Below are positions 1 through 13,019 of a DNA stretch of 64,000 nt, one piece after another. Source of the DNA: Camelus ferus. Lineage: Eukaryota. The notes under the pieces were generated by a model, which was given only the letters and a program-made list of their open reading frames with translations, made no database searches and was not told where the DNA came from. Position numbers and translations under genes: made by a program. Where the stretch lies: the NCBI RefSeq assembly GCF_009834535.1, contig NC_045697.1, forward strand, positions 68,450,001 to 68,514,000, given 5' to 3'. The stretch's first letter is position 1, and every line of letters starts with the position of its first letter.

Positions 1-829
1 TAAGTCTCCTTCTCATCATTTGTAAAACTGACATAGTAGTAACACCTTTCTTGACATGGCATTATAAAAATTATGAAAATATTGTTTATAAAACCATTAG
101 CAGGGTGCATGTCTTGAAGAATAAACATATAATTGGAAGCTGTTAGAATAATATACGTTAGCAGTGTTAGAAGCTTGAATAAAATCAAAACCTATGAGAA
201 TAATGAAAAAAGAAAATATAGACATATTAAGGAAGCCCCTGGACAGGAGAAGGAAAAAGAGGTGTCAAAATTAAACCTTCTGGGGGATTATGTCAATAAC
301 CTAGTTTGGACTTATATGGAAAGGAACCAATTTTGGAGTTAGACAAGAATTTGGCTTACCTTGGAAAATTGTTAAAATATTTTAGGTATAAAAATATTGG
401 AGTCTAACTGAATACTGATGTGAAAATATGAAAAACATGACTTCATTGTAGTATGCAAAGTGTGTAAGACATAATGCTACGCTGGGCTGGGCTTATAGGT
501 GTGGGAAAACATGAAGTGAAGAAGAAAGAAAAGAAAATATGTTTAAATATATGATTAAAGGACGATAGTAAAGATCTACCCTTCTGTTGTTTGTATATGT
601 ACTTTGAACAGAATTTTCTAATCATCCACTAGTATGTGAAATCCATTTTGGCGCGAAAGATACGGCTATAGCTGAATTTTTTAAAAACTCATTTCTAAGG
701 AATTCAAAGCCAGTGAAAAATCAAGGAAATAAATTTCTAATAACAGACCCAATTTGATCCTAGTTTGCTTGAATCAAATACTCTTACTGGTAATGCTAAT
801 TTCCTCCCAACTTTTAATTCTGTTCTCTT

Positions 830-1250
830 TAGCAGATGTCTCCTGAACAGAGATGGTGTGTGGGCACAGCTACAGCCCCTTCCTTCCGCTTAGTTCTTCC
901 TTCCATGTAATCTGGAATGCTGTCAGTGTTCTTCGCCATTGTGCTTTTTTTTTCATTCAATGTATAATTTCTCCATAAATAACTTGCTAATTTCGTGTTC
1001 TTGTCTATGATGTGGTAGCATGTCAAAGAGGCTTTTTAATCTGTAAACAAATTATGTCTATTGCTTTACCCCTGTCAAGAACTCATTGACTCTCTTGCAT
1101 GATGAAAGTTAATTGGTTTGTTAAGCCTGACACTCGTCTTTCTTTTTATCAGTCCATGTTAAATTCTTCCCATACCATTCTGTACTTGCTTAAGTGTTCT
1201 CATGTTGTTTTTCATAATCACTTAATCCAATATATTTCCTCTCACTAGAA
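830..1250 (-). mobile_element. Ancient CR1/L3 LINE remnant
   Basis: Minus-strand peptide KNTDSIPDYMEGRTKRKEGAVAVPTHHL weakly resembles the CR1 ORF2 C-terminal KANxILGxIxRxxxxRxxEVIVPLY region. 1040-1200 resembles CR1 RT DNA. Highly decayed. Confidence 0.45.
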
Positions 1251-1414
1251 TTACAATTCTCCTTTTAGGGGCTTAATGTCTATTGAGCTTCTGTCCATAA
1301 GAAGAAAATATCTGGCTGAATTTTGCTCAATTTGATATTTATATTGTACTTTAGCAAATGAATTTGCCCATGTTCTGATTTTGTTAAATTAACATTGGTT
1401 AGTGGAGCATAGGT

Positions 1415-1911
1415 TGTCAGATAGTGAATCACAGTTTAACAACAGACCAAAGGAGAAACTGAAATAGAGATTTATTACTCACAGGCCCTGGGGGAAGCAT
1501 GGCATGCCTCAAGAGGCTACATGGGGATGTCAAGGCAGAGTGCAGACACAGCCACAGGATCTGGGGAACATGCCTCTATTAGGATCCACGGACAGAGTGC
1601 TTTGGGATTCTAAGACTAGGACCAGATCGGTGAATTCAAACCAAAAGAGTACAGCCTTGGTAAGTCACATGGGGGTCTTACCTAAGCACAAGGGGAAGGC
1701 CCTGGGAGGTGGTAAGACTCGTAGTCACAAGGGTGATTAGAGGAGTCATATCAGGAACTTAACGTTTGCTTGTGACTCTTCGAGCTGTTATCTAGGGCAT
1801 ACGTTGGCGTGATGGGCTAGTGTCAGTTTAAGATCCTTGCAGGTCATTTGGCCAAACAAAGTGGATGTCAGGGTAGCAATACAGTGGAGTAGCTTACCTA
1901 AAGTCTCAACA
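1415..1911 (-). mobile_element. Solo LTR (ERV, probably ERV1 class)
   Basis: About 500 bp bounded by TG (tgtcag, 1415) and CA (ctcaaca, 1911). Minus-strand AATAAA near 1470. 1415-1545 is similar to 57470-57595. No clean TSD. Confidence 0.75.
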
Positions 1912-2726
1912 GCCAAAATAGAAAAAAAATGTTATTCAATACAGTGCTCTCTGTCAAATGATCTAATCACAAATGAATAACATTCATGTGAAATTGTAAA
2001 CTACAATTAGGTACTTGTAGATCTCTTTGCAAAGGAAGAAAGATAAGAGAGGAAGGTTCTGGAAAAGCCAGTTTCAGCTTGTATCTCCCCATAAGTCATG
2101 TGATATATCATGCTCTTTGACAGTGACATCCATTCAACAACAGCACCATCAGAATGTGCCTGCAGTGATCAATTAAGGGGGAAAATGTGACTTCTAGATA
2201 TATATTCTCTTAGTTATTTTAAATACTAAAATTATACTTTCAAGACACCATAATTTTTATTAGACCCTCATTTTAACTTAGTGAAATAGGATACAATATA
2301 CCATTATTCCAAAAACATGACATTATGAAGTGATCAAATGTTCAGAAGCTGTATTAAGCTTTCTATCCAGTGTGAATTATATGTGTAAAGTGATAGTGTG
2401 GTCATTTAGAACCAGCAAGCAGACATAAATAGCATAGAACAAGTAGTAAATTATGGCTGAAATGGGTAATTCTGAACAATGAAGTAAAATGGAACAATAA
2501 AATATGTATTTAATGATTGACAGGAAATCAATGAGAATAGACGTGGCCACTTGGCAGCATGCTGAAGCTTTATAATTTTTAGTAGAAGTAGTACAATGTT
2601 AATTCTATTCTTTTCACAGATTGTCTGTAATATATTTAATCAAATTGATTAAATAAATTCGGCATCTATTTCATACAAAATACTATGCTAGTTGTTGGGT
2701 AGGAGAAGAAATATTTTCTGTACCTC

Positions 2727-3358
2727 TTTTACTAAACCAAACTGTGATCTGCTTGCCTGCACTCAGTAAAGCCAATCTACTGACACCGGGTTGTGGTGAA
2801 GGAAAGTGCAGCATTTATTCCAGGGCACCAAGCAGGGAGTCCAGGTGGCTAGTGCTCAAAAGGCCCAAACTCCCCGACAGCTTTCAGGGAAAGGTTTTTA
2901 AAGACAGGGTGAGCGAGGTGGCTTCTGGGGTCAGTGATCAGCTCATGGACGTTCTTCTGATTGGTTGGTGGCGAGGTAATCAGGAGTCAACATCATCAGC
3001 CTTCTGGTTCCAACTGGTCTGGAGTCTACATGCTTGTGGGCAGCATACAGTTAACTTCTTCTACCTGGTGGGGGTTTTAGTATCTGCAGAACAGTTCAAA
3101 GGACATGGCTCAGAACATTATCCATAGCCCTTGAGGAGGAACTAAATGTCCTTGACTTTGTTTAATGGCTAAGCTGTTATCATCTTGTGTGACTGTTTTC
3201 CTTTACTTCTACATTTTCTCACTTCTCTGGTTAAATTTGTTCTTTGGAACTCAGGGAAGGCCTAGAAGGTTAAAACTTTTGTACAGACAAGAGGCAGGCA
3301 GGGGACATGGTGGAAAAGTCTGTCCTGGGAAGGCCCCATAGGGTCCTACTTGGTTACA
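2727..3358 (-). mobile_element. Solo LTR, ERV1-like
   Basis: Ends in ...tggttaca (minus strand starts TGTAACC). Minus-strand AATAAA near 2815. 2885-3358 is clearly homologous to 57596-58059. Confidence 0.85.
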
Positions 3359-4539
3359 CATTTAAGAAGAGGCAGGAATGTGCACAGATAATATACAGGT
3401 ATCATCCAAGAGCAGTAGGAAGAGAGAGAGCTGAATACTGTCTAAGAATGTGGCCTAGAAATGGATGTGGTTAGTCTCAAGGTCTCAAAATAGAGCATTG
3501 ACATTTTGATTTGAAGGGGTTGCTTTTAAATCTTAATGCAGCAAAGGAATTTCAGATGGAACATCTCCTCAAATCTGGGATCAGAATGCTATCAGATCCT
3601 GCAGCTTTTACTAATGATTGGATTCTAAACTATTGACCAGACCCCAAAACTCACAGCTTTTAATTTCATTTTAACACAAAAATTAACAAAACAAACAATA
3701 TCCATAAAAATTAATGAAGACAAAATAGCTAGATGACATTTTTAAAAGAGAAAGTAAAAGAAAAATATATATACATGTAGTCTTTGTTAACATTTTCTTA
3801 TTTTAAGAAATCAGTCATAGACACAATAAGGAAATAGTAACAACCATCATGCATAACACATTTTAGTGTTCTGATATGCATTGTCATAAATTATACCGAG
3901 AAAAATCAGAGAGTAAATCAGTGTTTACACCTTTGGTGCCAGAGCATTCTATCAACTTTACAACAAAACTTAGAAGAATTTGATTGGAATAATGTAAGTT
4001 TTTCACCGAATAGTCTGAGTTGACTGTTATCCATATAGTTCTTATTTATTAACACAACAAATATTTGTTTAGTGTGTATTATATGCCAAAAACTTTTTTG
4101 GGCAGTGGGAGTGTATTAGGCTGTGGTATCACTAATTTAGTGGGAAAATAACAGATGATGACAAAAATAAATGATGGAATTCCAAAGCAGAATGGTGGCT
4201 TAGAATGAAGAAACAGTAAATAAGCTAGATAGGAAAAATATTACTTTGAAGGAAAATTTTTGAATATAGAAAAGTTACAACAAGCATTTGATCAAATCGA
4301 TTCCAGATGTATAGGGTTGGGGGTGGGGGTTGGCTAGAAACCCCTCCAGAATACATTACATCCTCATGCTTCCTCATTATAATTATTGTAAATGATTATT
4401 CTGAAGTTTTTTCCATAGTTTATCCAGAGAATGAGCTATCACCTTAAGTAAGAGATATAGTATGTAGATTCCAAAATAATAATGATAATAATAAAGCCTT
4501 TTTCTTCTTAGTCTTTTTTTCCTCTTTCCTTTTCTTTCT

Positions 4540-5835
4540 ATTTTCATTTATTCATTCATCTGTCTTTTTTTCTTCCTCAGAATATTAATTCACTGCCAAC
4601 TGCGTCAGGTATCATTCCATGCTATGGGAATTTCTCTAATGACATACCACTAGAAAACCTGTTTTGTGGGGCTTATATTTTAGTGAGTAGAGACAAAAGG
4701 AAAAAAATAAGCATAATGATTAAGTTACATAATACTTTAGAAAGTGATAAATGGCATGGAGAGGATAAAATAGTGCAGGGTAAAGAAGATTGGGAGGGAA
4801 GGAGTAGTCAGTCTCCTTAACTGAAATACAAGGAAAGAGTGGAAAGAAATTAAGGAGCAAGTCATGAAGCTATCTGGAGAAATAGCATCCTGCAGAGACA
4901 AGAGCACTACAAAGTCTCTGAGTCAGGTGCAACCTAGAGTATGTGAGGAATAGGTAAGAGTTCTGGCAAGAGTGACTAGAGAAGAGTGAGGAAGGGAGAT
5001 TTGAACAGGTAATACTGTCAGCAGGGTAACAGAGGGTCAAATCTGGTAGATCCTGGAAGAACTCTGTAAGGATTATAGCTTTATCTCTAACAAATATTGA
5101 GAAAATGTGGAGAGTTTGAGTAGAACTTTTCCGTGATTCATGGTAAAACAGAATCACTCTTGCTGCTGTGCTGGGAATAGACTGTAGGAAGCAGGAGTGG
5201 AAGCTGGCAGAATGTTAGGAGTCTACAGTAGTAATCCAGGCAGGAGATGTTGGTGCTGTGGAACTAATTGTAGGAGCAGTGGAGATGTTTGGGGGTGGTC
5301 TACTTCCGGAACTATGTGAAGGAAGAGCCAAAGCAACTTTCTAATAAATTAGATGTGAAGCATAGAGAAAGGAAAAAAGAGGATTCTAAGGATTTCAGTC
5401 TAAATAGCTGTACGACAGAGTTGCCATTAATGTGACTGAAATGAAGCAGGGTTGTGGAGGGGAGGCAGAGCTACAAGTTCAATTTGGGGCATGTTGAATA
5501 TGGGATATCTATTAGGCATCCAGAGGGAGATATTAAGTGGGCAGTTGAATACATGTCTGCAGTTCAAGGTAAAGTTCTAAAACATAGATGTAAATTTGGT
5601 GCCATTGGCACAGAGATCGTATTTAAAACCACAAGATTTCACGAGCTCTCCACAGAATTATTTAAGATGGACAGGTGAAAGAACTAAGGCATATGGCCTT
5701 TCAAGAACAAGAAGTTTGGAAGACAGGAAGAGTTAGTCCTGAGGCAAGAAGAAAACCCAGAGAAGTTGTGTCCTAGAAACCAAGTGAAGAAACAAAGGGC
5801 CTCTGGGAAGAGGGAGTGATCAACTGAAGCCGTCA
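4540..5835 (-). mobile_element. LINE-2 fragment (3' part)
   Basis: ttcatttattcattc tail at the left end, followed by typical purine-rich antisense L2 sequence (aatccaggcaggagatg; aagttcaatttggggcatgttga; gagtgatcaactg). Confidence 0.85.
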
Positions 5836-5914
5836 ACACATTTACAATTTTGAACTGAAGTATTATAAAACATGGTGAGATCATTTTATATTCACTATAA
5901 AAGTTGATTCATAT

Positions 5915-6030
5915 GGAATAAGTATTGGTTTTGGACTCAGCCTTATATAGATACAGATTTCCTCTCTGTCACTCAGGGTGTGCCTTATAAGGGCAAGCTG
6001 CAAACCTTCTTTATACCTCAGGTTCCTGAG
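5915..6030 (+). mobile_element. MIR fragment
   Basis: Core-like gggcaagctgcaaaccttctttatacctcagg. Confidence 0.5.
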
Positions 6031-6361
6031 GAAAGCACTTCCTCTGGTCTTTCCCTGAAGTTGTTTGTCAGTTTTCTATATATTATCAGGATACAATAGA
6101 TGAAAGTATTGTTCAGTAGCTATTCATATTTTGAAAATGTTTAATTTTAGCTCTGACTTAATAAACCTATATTTATTCCTCCAATAAGGGTATAATCATA
6201 TTTATGAATTGGGGTCACTTCTTTTAAGTCACACATTTTTTACCTCTTTTCCTCCCTGACCTGCCCTGTGTGTATGCTATTCAATTATATGTTGGCTGCA
6301 AGTTACTTATGAGGATCATATGCAAGAGCAAATGTTCTATGAGTGCTAATATGTATGTCTT

Positions 6362-7040
6362 TGTAACTATAATGGGTTCTTCTAAAATTCAGTACGTCGG
6401 TTGCTGGTGACTAGGTTCTTTTCCTGTTGCAGAAAGAACCAGAGATGAAAGGTGGAAGTTAAGAAAGTAAAGTGACAATTTATTAAGGGATAGCTAGTAT
6501 GCTCTCAAGGGGAGAGTGGGCAGGCTCAGATGAGCGGCTGCCCTGAGTGTCTTTGGCAAGTTGGTTACATAGAGTGTAAAAATGAACGAGTGAAATATTC
6601 ACTGGGGAGGAAGGGATTTGGGGTCATATTTCCTGATTTTCATCCCAACTCCATCTTCTTAAAGGGAGGAGGGATTTTTGTCTTTATTTAGTCTGGATCA
6701 GAAGTGTCATGGCATGGGTCCATGATGGGTATTTCTAATCTGCAAGGCTAATTTTATTGAAATGAAGGCATAATGAACAAAAAGTTTACATTCGGACACT
6801 GGAGATTTCTGCCTTTTCCCACCTTTCTGTGTCAGCCTCCAAGCCACTTGTCACCCCAAAATATATGACCCCTTACCAGCCCAGAGGTTCCTGCTTTTCT
6901 TTCTCTGCCCAGGGACTCCTGTTGTTTTTATGATGTATGTGTTCCTGCATTTGGCCCTTGCCATCCTTTTTGCCCAAATCCTGCCATGTGGCCTGGATTC
7001 CCCTTCCCTGCTCATATCTAGCTATCTGCCTGCTCTAACA
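6362..7040 (-). mobile_element. Solo ERV LTR, relatively young (lineage-specific)
   Basis: Minus strand starts TGTTAGAGCAGGCAGATAGCTAG (7040). Minus-strand AATAAA near 6480. About 680 bp. Left boundary uncertain. Confidence 0.8.
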
Positions 7041-7499
7041 CTTCTACCTATGTATATGAAATGGGAGAGTTAAGACTATGCAGAAGTACAACTGAAAAAC
7101 TGATGACCAGGTGCTATGTTTACAAGATGACCTAATTTGTAATTGGAAAATGGGAGGATGGTTTTATAACTGACAGCCCCAGGATCCATGACTCGGGATT
7201 CTTCTTAGCAGTGGAGGCAACCAAGAATGTAGCAAACATGAGGAGGGATGCCTTGGGAGGCAAGAACTCATTCAAAACAAGTGTTTTAATTGTTTGAGGT
7301 CAACTATTACATACTGCTGAACTATCAGTTAGGATTTACAGTTTTATATCTACTATAAAATATTGCAACTCACATATTTTCCTCAAACTCAGCAAAAAGT
7401 AGAAGCTGTGATGACTGAAAGAGCAATTGATGATTTTTCTAATGAGGAAGAAACTTTCCTTAACTTTAATGATAATGTAGATTTGAAGCCAGAGGAATA

Positions 7500-7730
7500 A
7501 ATGTCTTAAGTGGAGAGAAGAGCAGAAATTGGAATTGAGTAATAAGCAGGTTAGTGTGGCATTGGTAGCAAAGCAGAAAGACAAGTACACAGGTCACTGG
7601 TAATCATTTTGTTCAGGGGGAGCCACTAGATTGGTAGCTAAGGCCACCAAAGCAGTGAGTCTTCATACTCAGTCAGTTCTATAAGAGAACATTAATGGAA
7701 CTCAAGAGAGATTAATCAGCTATCATTGGG
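7500..7730 (+). mobile_element. Possible CR1/L3 RT remnant
   Basis: Weak resemblance to the CR1 region around WIxxWLxxRxQxV...GVPQG. Very decayed. Confidence 0.3.
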
Positions 7731-8169
7731 CCCTGATTAAAAGAGAGATTTAAAGATGTTGAAGCTTCAGTGATTACATTGATGGGTGCTCATATTTAAT
7801 TGCTCTTTTCTACCCTTCTTAAGATGGGTGTTGGGAAAAACCCATGTTCTGTTTGTGTGAACATTTTGTTAACATTTTACTTTTTCTGCCTTGAGTCTTT
7901 GAGGGAATTACAAAAATCATAAAGCTAATGATCTGTTTCTCTATCTCCAAACAAAACTAGCTAAATCATTTCAGACAGAAAATGTAAATATATTCTAAAA
8001 AGACTTCTAAGTAAATAATTCCATCCTGGGCAACTATGACCTCATAGAACAGAAACAATAAATATTGAATGACAAACTGAACGTATTCATAACCAACAAA
8101 CTTCAGCATCAGGAAATGTTTCCTCATTGCTGCCTTAGTCTCTCCTATTTTATTTCCTCTTATTATGAT

Positions 8170-8320
8170 CTCAGAAAATGTAGAGAATAGCTTGCCATCA
8201 ATCTCTGTATAATATCTGTTCTGTACATGAAAACTATTATTAAATTTCCTTCATGATCCTCAAACCCACTTACCCTTCTCTTCTGCAGGCTAAATAATTC
8301 ATCTCCCTTTTTTATGTTAG
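8170..8320 (-). mobile_element. CR1/L3 remnant
   Basis: ccttctcttctgcaggctaaataa matches the antisense CR1 3' ORF2 motif (LFSLxKRR on the minus strand). Confidence 0.5.
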
Positions 8321-10124
8321 TTGTATCTGAATTTCTTGCATTAGCCAGGAGGAGAAATGCTGAAGTCACAAGGGATTTTGAACCCAACATTCCTTAAGCA
8401 TGTTAAGACTAGTAAGAATACGGCAGTGGTGTGTGGAGAGAGCACTACTAAAACATGATAACTAATGGAAATTTTTGAAGAAATTGCTAACATCTGAATA
8501 ATTTTATAATTTGACTTTTCTGTAAGACACAGAAGAAAAGATGCTCAATGAAGGAGAGTAAAATGTTTGTGCTTAGTCTGTATTCTTTAACTACATGTGC
8601 CCTAGTTCCAGTCCCTCAGAACTCCTAAAATCTTAGGTTCCTGTATAATGCCTGCTAATGGGCTCACTATATAAAATGACAAATGCCTTGGAGTCTTCTC
8701 TGTTCAAGTAGATTCTTCTCTGAAGACTGGAGAAAAGAAAAATGGTTCATAAATTCCTAATGGCCTCAGAGAAAAAAAAATCTTGAATTCCATTCACAGA
8801 AGTTAAATATAAAGAATGCAAACTATTTATCAGCCTGACACTCACGTTCAAAGGAGTGAGACATGCAGAGTTTTCAGTTGTGAAATAGTTTTGCTATTGA
8901 ATTTTATCCAACATTCTAGTCCTGTATAATATAACAGAAGGACTTCCTGAGCTGGTTTATTGTCATGAAGCAGTGGATTCAAGAGAAGTTAAATGTCTTC
9001 TCCTCCAGGATACTGAGAATAAACTACTGACATTACCAAACTGGTTCCAAAAAATGATGCAGAAGATTGGAGAGCAACAACTTGATCTGCCCTGTTTTCA
9101 TGAGAGTGGTACTGTCACATTAGAACTTCACTAGACATTCCTTAAAATACTAAGTCTTTACCCTATAATGTGATTACTTCTAATTGTTTTATTTGAATCA
9201 AATGCAATAGATAGCGATCTCATATCCCTTCCAGACATATAAAGATTTCTTGCCTTAAAACCTAGAAAAATTACCAAGGAGACCTGTCGTCTTTACAATG
9301 AAATACAAATAATGTTACTCAGTCATTTACCTCAGCCAGTGTTCTTAATAGTTCTTAATATAAATAAATGTATATATTTCAATTTTAATTTTATGTCTTA
9401 ATTTACAGTCTGATTTAAAGAGTCATACTCCACCAAGCTTTCAAGGAAAGGGGAGGGTCTCAAATTTTGTACTGTTGTCTTCATTGAGAGACTGAATGGA
9501 TAACTGGTTTTCTGCAAAGCATGTTTTCCCCAGGGAATGCACTCACTCTGGTTAATCAACTGGCAAACAAGACACCTAGGGTTATCTCTTTACCACCCTA
9601 TTGCCCCATCAATAATGTACAGACTGTCATTAAGAAGTCATTTCTCCCTCCTGGGCTGAATTTTGAGAGGTGCATCATGTGGGAAGAAATAGGAGTAATA
9701 GTTTGGAGACTATGGGTCACATTGTAATCTCAAATACATGCTGTGCTATTCTGCAGACAGTCCATCAAGATGTGTTCCAAGGCATGCATCAGTGCATATA
9801 AAAATATATAGGCTGAGACCACCAAACTCATTTCACTTGGACCTTTCAAGGTTAACATTATAATCATGCTTCAGGGCATAAACTGATCACCAGCTGAGCT
9901 CAGGAAGACATTTTACTTCCATGGAAAAAGTGTCCCCAGTGGGTTAGTTGCATTGCAGGTACATTTTACCTTTTGTAAATATTTCTTTAGCCACACCAAA
10001 ATGCCTTTCTTGTCTTTATCCTCATATTGCAGATTAAAGCGTAAATCATCAAGCAATACTAATTTTAAGTTATAAATAACTCTAATCTGAACTTTCTTTT
10101 TTCTTGTTTCCTAAATTATAGTTT

Positions 10125-10212
10125 GTGTTATATATATATGTTTTTATATATGTTTTATATATTATATATAATATAATATGCATAAAATAATATAATATAT
10201 ATATATAATAAC
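10125..10212. repeat. (TA)n-rich low-complexity tract
   Basis: tatatatatatg...atattatatataatataatatgc...atatataata. Confidence 0.9.
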
Positions 10213-10959
10213 TTGACTAACAAATTTACATGAGAACTGTGTGTTAGGATTCATTATAATTATCTCATAATAGAAGTTTTATTTGACTAAGGACATGGAA
10301 AGTGCTGCCAATAGTAATATCAGAACTTAATTTCCATTATCCAGAAGTTAACTGATGTTTAGCACCAAATATTGGATCATGCATCAGTGTAGTAGATTTC
10401 TGATGGATCTGGTCACTCTCCTCAACAGTATAAAAGCACACACATGATCCCCATCACGAACTCCTACTTATGGCACCTTGCTCAGAGTGCCAAAGAAGTC
10501 CTTCTTGGAGTAACATCCTTCAAACATTCAGCTGCCATCCATCACAGAAGTATTAACATATGAAGGTGAGGAAACAGAGTTTGTGTCTCCATTAGCAACC
10601 AGACAGCATAGAGAAGGAATATGAACATTATCAGCATGTCCTACTGTTGCTCTTTTAATAGGGCTTGCCTGGAATTTCTTGCTCATTGTATGCTCCTTTT
10701 GATATGTGTTGTCTTTCATCTGTTTAGGGTCTAGAGATTATTAGATATACTTAGAGAGAGAGAACCCCTCTCAAGCAGTGATTTCTGATCATCCAGTAAT
10801 GCTATCACTAGGAAGGCATAGCCCTGACATTTTTTTTAACTGTACAGAGGCTATCACCTACATCCCCACAACCTCCTCTAGTGTTTCACCCAGCTTGAAA
10901 AATCACTTAGAGCTGCATAGTTAATGACTTCTCAGCAGAGCCTATCTGCTGAAGCAATA

Positions 10960-11150
10960 AAGCACTGACCCAGACTGCCTGGGTTCAAAACCCACCTTCA
11001 TGACTTAATTAAGCAATTATTTAGCTTCTCTTTACTTCAGTTCCCAGCCCTATCCTCAGCCACATTTGGGGATAACCCACGGGGTCAGTGTAAGGATTAT
11101 ATGAGTTAATTCAGAACAGTGCCTGGTGTATAGTACTTAACAAGTATTTA
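10960..11150 (+). mobile_element. MIR SINE
   Basis: cagactgcctgggttcaaaaccc ... cttcagtttcc ... gaacagtgcctgg ... tagtacttaacaagtattt. Confidence 0.85.
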
Positions 11151-12211
11151 TTGGCCCATAACAAATATTTATTTTTGGACTGTTTTTATCATAACTTTAT
11201 ATTAGAAATCTTGATCTTATGTGGGGGTAGAGCTAAGCAAACCATGTCTTGGGCAGTGGCTTTGTTGTGCACATCAAAAATCCTACAATTTCAGAGTGGG
11301 AAGGGGAATGTCAAATTGCCTAAAACTAATTTTCTTAAAATCAATTGGCATAATGATCAATTTACCTCATGACACATTCATTAAGATGTTTGTTTATCAA
11401 ATATACAACTTTTCATTTGTACTAAAATAGCATTAGCTTAGAGGCACTTTTGTGAACTTTCATAGTGACTATTTTGCCTACTTTTAAAGATTTCCAAGGT
11501 ATTTCACCCAATTAAGACTAAATGTTTAAAGTTTTATAAAATAATTTTTTAAGCCTACTATATCCTAAAAATGCTTAGAGTGGCATCTTATTATATATGA
11601 AATGCTACATCTGTGACAGATTTCTATTAGGAATATGATCATTAGGCTAATGAGTATTTGGGGAGATTGGCTATTAGGAGAATTGGTTTTAGGTGAGCAG
11701 CCCTCAGTCTCTCACAGGGTTGGGGTGAGAGCAGTGGCATCAGTTTGTGCCTGAGTCATTTTGCAGACTTGTCTCTGTGACTATGCTCAGCTCTGTCACT
11801 ACATGCTGCCAGATCTAGTCTGACAGCTTTCAACTTTAGATCCATGACAAATTTCCAGACCTGGAGCCTGCTTGCCCACCTTGGTTGACCCTATGACAAA
11901 GTAGCAAATTCTGCACAGACTTGATGTGGCCACAGAAATCCATTTTGCCTTATCTGTGGACTCACAGTGGTACACATGACTTAATATTACAGCTTCTTTC
12001 CATTTTACCTGTTTTGATAATATGTATTTTATAACACTCATCTCCTCTGATAATAGGTAGTTTTATAATCTTCTTCAAAAATAAGGAAAGGAATTAAAAT
12101 ACAGAGGTTTGCTTCCTTGTCTAAGAAAAGAAAGTATGGGAGAATATTGAAAATGTATGGGGGACATGTACAGTTTCTACACAAAGGAATCCCAAGAAAT
12201 ATGTGAAATCA

Positions 12212-12328
12212 TGACTGATAAGATTGGACAAGGCACAGTAGGCTCCCCAGAACTCCTGTTCAGAGCTGTTTTAATTGAATGTGTCGCTGACAAGGGACAA
12301 TCACTTGGGCTGTGGCATCTATTCCAAA
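12212..12328 (+). repeat. 117-bp direct repeat, copy 1
   Basis: Ungapped match to 12903-13019 with 4 mismatches (113/117). Confidence 0.97.
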
Positions 12329-12902
12329 CCTTTCTTTGAAATCAATTATTACTTTCACTGATTCCAGTTCTCATGTGGGGGAGTCAATTTTCTGCTACTG
12401 CTACTTCATAAAATTCTTCTTCAATTATACAAGTACTATAAAGGCAAGTAATTTTTGTTCTGATGAGAATATTTATATTTTCCTGAATTCAAAGGAAGGT
12501 ATACGACGTTGTAGGTGCCCGGAGTTTGTTTAAAGTTCTGCCTGCCTATATAATAATCGTGAGTGTGTCTGTCACATCATGTAGTAACTAGTAGTGTGGA
12601 AACCGACATCTGCCAGCCAGTAATGGTGGTCATACCTCACTGCTGCTCCAACTGCTCACAGTCCAGTTCAGCCCGCCACCCTGAGCTCTAGCCAGCTGTC
12701 AGGACTGTCACAGCTGCCATCTTATTTACTGCCATAAGCTTTTTTGGCATTGTGGACCCAGACACTGCTGAGATGGTGCCTGTTATTGGCTGTAAAAGGC
12801 ACAGGGACGAAAGACTCTGAGGAACCCTGGGAAGGTGCAACATGTTCAAACCACCTGACAGTGGAACTGGTCGGCACTGAAGTCCCCAAGGTTGTTCTTT
12901 GT

Positions 12903-13019
12903 TGACTGATAAGATTGGACAAGGCACAGTAGGCTCCCCAGAACCCCTATTCAGAGCTGTTTTAATTGAATGTGTCACTGACAAGGGACAATCACTTGGG
13001 CTGTGGCTTCTATTCCAAA
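12903..13019 (+). repeat. 117-bp direct repeat, copy 2
   Basis: Ungapped match to 12212-12328 with 4 mismatches. Confidence 0.97.

Noticed and set aside
2744..3127. 127-aa ORF
   Set aside because: Lies wholly within a solo LTR, has a non-ATG start and no recognisable domain.
12688..12984. 98-aa minus-strand ORF overlapping the direct repeat
   Set aside because: Non-ATG start, no recognisable similarity and no supporting splice structure.
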